This document shows, piece by piece, positions 59,045 through 64,000 of a stretch of DNA of 64,000 nucleotides (within the stretch, counting starts at the first letter, position 1; every line of letters starts with the position of its first letter). The stretch is from positions 1 through 64,000 of the forward strand of contig JBNJGY010000001.1 of NCBI GenBank assembly GCA_051748045.1. The letters run 5' to 3'. This DNA comes from Thermotogota bacterium (GTDB taxonomy: Bacteria > Thermotogota > Thermotogae > Petrotogales > Petrotogaceae). Below the pieces are notes generated by a model. That model ran no database searches. It saw only the letters and a program-made list of their open reading frames with translations, and had not been told where the DNA came from. The position numbers and the translations under genes were made by a program.

Positions 59045-60400
59045 TTATTTTATATCAAAATACTCAATTATAGCATCTTTCATAATTTCAGCGAATTTTT
59101 CTACATAATCACCATTATTAAAACTATTTTCTACTTCTTTATTACTCAAAAAGTCCAATTCAAATAATACAGCAGGACTTCTTGTGTATCTCAATACAGC
59201 AAATTCTGCTGGTTCGATTCTTCTGTTTCTAAAACCATCTTCTTCAACTTGTTTTTCTAGTACTTCTGCAAAAGAATAACTTTCTTTTATTGAGGATTCC
59301 TTTATGTTAGTCCAACTATCTAATAATTCTTTATCTTTATTAAAATCCAAATTTTCTTTCCAAGCAATCATCCTCGCGTATGTAGAGCGAGAAAAATCAA
59401 AATAATATACTTCCGAACCTCTTGTAGATGGATAACTAGGGAAAGAATTTAAATGAATACTTATAAACAAATCAGCATTCTTATCATTAGAAAATTTGGC
59501 TCTTCCATAAAGATCTATATATTCATCTGTACTTCTAGTCAAATATGTTTCTAAAGAATAATTTGATAATAATTCTTTTGTTCTTTGAGCAACTTTTAGA
59601 GTCAAATCTTTTTCTAATGTTCTACCTAAGCCAACAGCTCCAGGTTCCCAACCACCATGTCCAGGATCTAATACAACTACAGGGAATTCAGATTCTTCAA
59701 AAACAAAATCTAAGATTAATCTCGATGATTCAAATGTTTTTTTTACAGAATGGTTCACATCTATTTTTATCTTTACCCAAACTATAGTTGATGTTTGATG
59801 ATATGCAGTAATATAATCAATTTTGTTATCATAATTTTTTTCAATAAAATTTCCTGGTATTTGTGCATTTTCTATGATAACTAAATATCCTGTATTATTT
59901 GTCAAAGGATATATTTTTGGTGTTACTTCATTTGAAAATTCTATAATTGTTCTTGCAGATTCTTTTTTTATATAGGTATTTATACTTTCAACCTTTGCGA
60001 GAGGTACATTGAAAAAAGTTCCTGCTGAGGATTTGATCAATTCTAAATTCAATGCTTTAGAAATAATTTCATCTTTTAAATATAATTTATCACCCTGAAA
60101 CAATTTATCTTCTTCCGAAAAAGCATATGATTCTGCTGAATTAATTATCATCATATTATTTTTTGGAAAAATAAATACTTTCCATTTTCCATTTGATATA
60201 TAAAATAAGGTGTTATTATGTACAGTTAGTGTTTTGTTGGCTTTATGAGTCATTAACTCTAAATCATAATAATATTCCCCATCTTTTTCTATATAATAAT
60301 TTTCATCCAGTTTCCTCCACTGAAAGAAAACTCCTTCAGAAAAGCTTGTTATAAAAATGAAAACTATAAAAAATATCAATACATATGATTTTTTTGACAT
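59045..60400 (-). CDS. N-acetylmuramoyl-L-alanine amidase (Amidase_3)
   Basis: Signal peptide; LDPGHGG, EKDL, FISIHLN and PAVLFELDF. Confidence 0.9.
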   Translation of the reverse strand: MSKKSYVLIFFIVFIFITSFSEGVFFQWRKLDENYYIEKDGEYYYDLELMTHKANKTLTVHNNTLFYISNGKWKVFIFPKNNMMIINSAESYAFSEEDKLFQGDKLYLKDEIISKALNLELIKSSAGTFFNVPLAKVESINTYIKKESARTIIEFSNEVTPKIYPLTNNTGYLVIIENAQIPGNFIEKNYDNKIDYITAYHQTSTIVWVKIKIDVNHSVKKTFESSRLILDFVFEESEFPVVVLDPGHGGWEPGAVGLGRTLEKDLTLKVAQRTKELLSNYSLETYLTRSTDEYIDLYGRAKFSNDKNADLFISIHLNSFPSYPSTRGSEVYYFDFSRSTYARMIAWKENLDFNKDKELLDSWTNIKESSIKESYSFAEVLEKQVEEDGFRNRRIEPAEFAVLRYTRSPAVLFELDFLSNKEVENSFNNGDYVEKFAEIMKDAIIEYFDIK

Positions 60401-60401
60401 A

Positions 60402-61235
60402 TTATTCTCCACCCATCGCAGAAAAATCATTTGGATAAATATAAGCGTACCTCATATCTCCCAAATAATATCTAGGATTTAGTGATGACTTCAAGTTGTC
60501 ATTGATTTGAAAATGCAAATGAGGCCCTGTTGATAATCCAGTATTTCCTACTTTTCCTATAAGATGGCCTTTTTTTACTAATACTCCCGGAACAACATTG
60601 AACTCACTTAAATGAGCATATATGTATTCTTCGTTTGTTCCTTTAACAACAATATGTTTACCATAACCACTATCTTCTTCTACTTCAACAACAATTCCAT
60701 CGCTAGCTGAGAAAATAGGTGTTCCTGTTGGTGCAGCAATATCTATTCCATGATGAAATTTTCTTACGTTATAGATAGGATGAATTCTATATCCATATTC
60801 AGAAGTCACATATCCTGTTATTGGCCAACTAATACTAGTATCCTTATTAAAACAAGATCCCATTTTATCAAAAGGAATTTTTAACTTTTGTCCAATATAA
60901 ATATTATTCGCATTTTTTATGTTGTTTTCTTTTATAATATTTTCAGGTCTAATAAAAAATATTTTAGAAATATCATAAATATTATCCCCAGATTTAATTT
61001 CGTATATGAAAACATTTTCATCTGGAATTTTAATCTTTTGGTTTAATTTAAGATATTTCTGTTCAGTTAAAAATTGATTAGCTTCAATTATTAGTTGAAC
61101 AGAAACTCCTGTTTTTTTAGATATTTTAGTCAAATTATCCCCTGGTTTTACCGTGTATTCAATTCCAAATGAATATAAAGAAAATAATATCATTGTTAGT
61201 ATAATGAATACTTTTTTACTTTTAAAATAATGCAT
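60402..61235 (-). CDS. LysM + M23 peptidoglycan endopeptidase
   Basis: Two LysM repeats; HHGIDIA, YAHL and STGPHLHF. Confidence 0.92.
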   Translation of the reverse strand: MHYFKSKKVFIILTMILFSLYSFGIEYTVKPGDNLTKISKKTGVSVQLIIEANQFLTEQKYLKLNQKIKIPDENVFIYEIKSGDNIYDISKIFFIRPENIIKENNIKNANNIYIGQKLKIPFDKMGSCFNKDTSISWPITGYVTSEYGYRIHPIYNVRKFHHGIDIAAPTGTPIFSASDGIVVEVEEDSGYGKHIVVKGTNEEYIYAHLSEFNVVPGVLVKKGHLIGKVGNTGLSTGPHLHFQINDNLKSSLNPRYYLGDMRYAYIYPNDFSAMGGE

Positions 61236-62281
61236 TATTTTTCCTCCAACACCTCAATTATTTTTTCAGCTATTTTATGATTAGGTAGTATATGATCTGC
61301 ATAACCATCTTCTACCACTGCTTTAGGCATTCCATAAACTACACATGTATCTTTAGCTTCTGCTATAATTTTTCCCCCATAATGCTTTATTTTAAAAGCA
61401 CCTTTAGCTCCATCTCTTCCCATTCCAGTCAATACAACCCCAACACAACCAGAATTGAATATTTCAGCGGCTTGATCAAAAGTAAAATCAGCAGCGGGTC
61501 TGACATTATTTATCTTATCAGAAGAATCTAGAAATAATTTTATTTTTCCTGAACTATTTTTTTTAAGACCCATATGATAATTACCAGGAGCAACATATAC
61601 ATGATTTTTTTCTAGTATGTCTCCTTCTTCTGCTTCTTTTACAGTAAGTTCTGATATTCTATTCATTCTCTCAGCTAAAGATTTTGTAAATCCAGCTGGC
61701 ATATGTTGAACTACTAAAACTGGAACATTTAATTCTCCAGGTAACTTTGGTATTACTTTATCTAAAGAACGAGGTCCTCCTGTAGAGCTTGCAATTAATA
61801 AAACTTTATCTCCTGCTAGTCTTAATGGTTTTCTAACTTTTTTACTATCAGTTTTTTTAGATATTAAAGTTTTTACATCTATTGTAGAAATTTCATTAAT
61901 CTTTTTGATTAAATCATCTTGAACTTGTCTAAAAGTCCAAGAAGTGCTTCCTGCTGGTTTTTGTATAAAATCAACAGCACCATGTTCTAACGATTCGATA
62001 GTAATAGAAGCGCCTTCAGAGGTTAAACTACTTACCATAAGTACCTTTGATGGTGTTTTTTTCATTATTATTTTTAGAGCTTCTAAACCATTTAATTTAG
62101 GCATTTCAACATCAAGAGTTATTACATCAGGCTTTAAATTAGAAGCTTTTTCTACTGCTTCTAAACCATCCCTGGCCAGCCCTATAACTTTCATATTAGG
62201 CTGCTTGTCTATAATGTCTTTTAATACCATTCTCATAAAAGCTGAATCATCAACTATTAATACTTTAATTTTCTTTTCCAC
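61235..62281 (-). CDS. cheB: Chemotaxis response regulator protein-glutamate methylesterase
   Basis: Receiver domain (VDDS, LDVEMP), SSTGGP, QHMP and LTGMGRDG. Confidence 0.95.
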   Translation of the reverse strand: MEKKIKVLIVDDSAFMRMVLKDIIDKQPNMKVIGLARDGLEAVEKASNLKPDVITLDVEMPKLNGLEALKIIMKKTPSKVLMVSSLTSEGASITIESLEHGAVDFIQKPAGSTSWTFRQVQDDLIKKINEISTIDVKTLISKKTDSKKVRKPLRLAGDKVLLIASSTGGPRSLDKVIPKLPGELNVPVLVVQHMPAGFTKSLAERMNRISELTVKEAEEGDILEKNHVYVAPGNYHMGLKKNSSGKIKLFLDSSDKINNVRPAADFTFDQAAEIFNSGCVGVVLTGMGRDGAKGAFKIKHYGGKIIAEAKDTCVVYGMPKAVVEDGYADHILPNHKIAEKIIEVLEEK

Positions 62282-62714
62282 TACCTTTCCCTCCCTTTTT
62301 CTTAGAAAGTAGCTTTATTGAGGCCAGGAAAATAATCGCTATAATTATACCATATCTAGAACTTAAACCGAAAATTGCATTTCCAAATATTACTACTCCT
62401 ATCACTACGGAAAAAACGGCTGCTATTAAAACCATCGCAGCCGATATATCTTTGATAATCCCTACTATAGGGTTATAATCAGGGTTTATAAAATCCATTA
62501 TTTTTTCTATTGTTGTATTTAATCCTTCCATAACTAAGACAATCATAGTTGCAAAACTTAACCATAATATGTCAGTACCCGGTAAATCTAATAAAAAAGC
62601 TATAATCATTACAAAAAGCCCTATATTGGATTGTATTCTAAAATTCCTTTGAGATGAATAAATTTCTTTAAGTCCTTTCAGAGCATACTTGAATGAACTA
62701 TAAAACCTTTTCAA
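62265..62714 (-). CDS. dgkA: Diacylglycerol/undecaprenol kinase
   Basis: SFKYALKG, QRNFR, E.LNT.IE and KDISAA. Confidence 0.88.
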   Translation of the reverse strand: MKRFYSSFKYALKGLKEIYSSQRNFRIQSNIGLFVMIIAFLLDLPGTDILWLSFATMIVLVMEGLNTTIEKIMDFINPDYNPIVGIIKDISAAMVLIAAVFSVVIGVVIFGNAIFGLSSRYGIIIAIIFLASIKLLSKKKGGKGSGKEN

Positions 62715-63326
62715 TTATTCATAGCCTTTTCCTAGTTTAGTAATTATATTGTCTGTTTTAATTTTATATTTTTTATCAATTGATTCATAACCTAATTTTA
62801 AAGCTTTTTCGTCAATTTCATGAAAGCTAGCTTTTACATTTTCTTTCATAGTTTCTATTAGAGTATCTAAAGTAACTATGTTTGTGACTTTAGATAAGAT
62901 TCCTAAGCCAACCATGTTAGCTACATTTAAACTGCCTACATCTTTATAAGCAATTTTAGATGCTGAAACCTTTAATATTTTTTTTGTAATTCTATTAACA
63001 GTTTGAGGCATTTTATTTACGAACTCATCATCATAAAAAACTATTCCATTTTTCTTTAAAAATTCTATGTGATCTAGCCCTAAATTATGCATGATATACA
63101 TTATATTAAATGTATCAGCTTTTGGATAGTCAATTGGTTCTTCATCATATAGTACATCACAATATGATAAACCGCCTCTAACTTGGGCACCATAATGTTG
63201 AGTTTGAACAACCCAAAAACCTTCTTTTACTAAAGCTTGAGCTAAGACCATACCCATTAAAATATTTCCTTGTCCTGCTTCACCTGAGATTCTAATTGCC
63301 CTTGGCTTAGATATAGATAAATTCAT
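62715..63326 (-). CDS. 2-oxoacid:ferredoxin oxidoreductase gamma subunit
   Basis: SGEAGQG, YGAQVRGG and NMVGLG. Confidence 0.88.
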   Translation of the reverse strand: MNLSISKPRAIRISGEAGQGNILMGMVLAQALVKEGFWVVQTQHYGAQVRGGLSYCDVLYDEEPIDYPKADTFNIMYIMHNLGLDHIEFLKKNGIVFYDDEFVNKMPQTVNRITKKILKVSASKIAYKDVGSLNVANMVGLGILSKVTNIVTLDTLIETMKENVKASFHEIDEKALKLGYESIDKKYKIKTDNIITKLGKGYE

Positions 63327-64000
63327 TCTGCATCTCCTCCTTCAGAAAATCTTTTCTGAAGTTTTTGATATTCAGATAAGTAGTCTTTTGTTTCTTTATT
63401 TACGAATTCACCAATAACTATTTTGTCTTCTAATTCTTCTTCTGTCATTTCTTTTGCTTTATTTAATGTAACACTGTTATTTTTATAAAATTCTTGCATT
63501 TGGAAAGGTTTTGGCATTTGATTATATCTACCAAAATAAGTATGACAATTTGTAGCTATTTCAACAACAGACATACCTTTATGTTTTAATGCTTTTTCAA
63601 TGTATTTTGCTGATTGCATAAAATGATAAACTGTTGATCTCGCTACATAAGTTGCTCCTGATGTAATCGCAAGTTCTACAGGATCAAACTGATTTTCTAA
63701 GTTTCCATATGGAGCTGTTGAAGCTAATGAATCAGTTGGAGTCATTGGAGAATATTGACCGCCTGTCATTCCGTAAATTGAATTATTAAATAGTATTACT
63801 GTAATATCCATGTTTCTCCTACAAGCATGAATAAAGTGGTTTCCTCCAATAGCTAGCATATCTCCATCTCCACCCATTACTACGACATCGAAATCTGGTC
63901 TTGCTAATTTAACTCCAGTCGCAAAAGCAATAGCTCTTCCATGTAATGTGTGCATAGTGTTAAAATCTAAATAACCAGTTACCCTTGATGAACAACCTAT
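63323..64000 (-). CDS. 2-oxoacid:ferredoxin oxidoreductase beta subunit (5'-truncated by window edge)
   Basis: IGCSSR at the window edge, HTLHGRA, GDGD TPP motif and YGMTGGQ. Confidence 0.92.
   Translation of the reverse strand: MGCSSRVTGYLDFNTMHTLHGRAIAFATGVKLARPDFDVVVMGGDGDMLAIGGNHFIHACRRNMDITVILFNNSIYGMTGGQYSPMTPTDSLASTAPYGNLENQFDPVELAITSGATYVARSTVYHFMQSAKYIEKALKHKGMSVVEIATNCHTYFGRYNQMPKPFQMQEFYKNNSVTLNKAKEMTEEELEDKIVIGEFVNKETKDYLSEYQKLQKRFSEGGDAE

Noticed and set aside
240-62312. Numerous 60-137 aa ORFs antisense to or nested in real genes (e.g. 240-449, 1745-2032, 33501-33860, 42777-43190, 61944-62312)
   Set aside because: They are shadow ORFs of well-supported genes, with no RBS or recognisable motifs.

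Overview
AT-rich core chromosomal DNA, most likely from a Thermotogota bacterium (Petrotogaceae-like). This is inferred from gene orders recalled as typical of the phylum: rplI-RNase Z-NfeD-SPFH-PDO-trxB, pfkB-CBS-mtaB-gyrB-ftsAZ-GspE, and korB-korC-dgkA-cheB-LysM. The window holds about 70 CDS and one tRNA-Gly(CCC); I saw no IS, prophage or CRISPR. Main blocks: a methylmalonyl-CoA mutase/epimerase/decarboxylase operon lacking the Na+-pump beta subunit; rpsF-ssb-rpsR with a probable S6:S18 RNA leader; a thioredoxin system under a CsoR-type operator; guaB; an nqrBCDEF operon without nqrA followed by an unknown gene and ferritin; iorAB; a 12.5-kb gyrB/ftsAZ operon ending in a DUF5685 + Cys-rich mini-protein + membrane-protein module; an autoregulated TetR + radical SAM pair; a thiI-plsC-ispA operon with a catalytically dead lipase-fold protein; the lgt cluster; recG-rsmD; and cell-wall/cheB/2-oxoacid oxidoreductase genes. 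The best candidates for undescribed biology are (1) the DUF5685/Cys-tail module, possibly a protein lipidation or metal system; (2) an unannotated ~110-nt sRNA with an anti-Shine-Dalgarno tract at 52188-52296; (3) the NqrA-less Nqr/Rnf hybrid linked to ferritin; and (4) the TetR-controlled radical SAM, a candidate membrane-spanning-lipid synthase. All family assignments come from motif recognition by eye; no searches were run.
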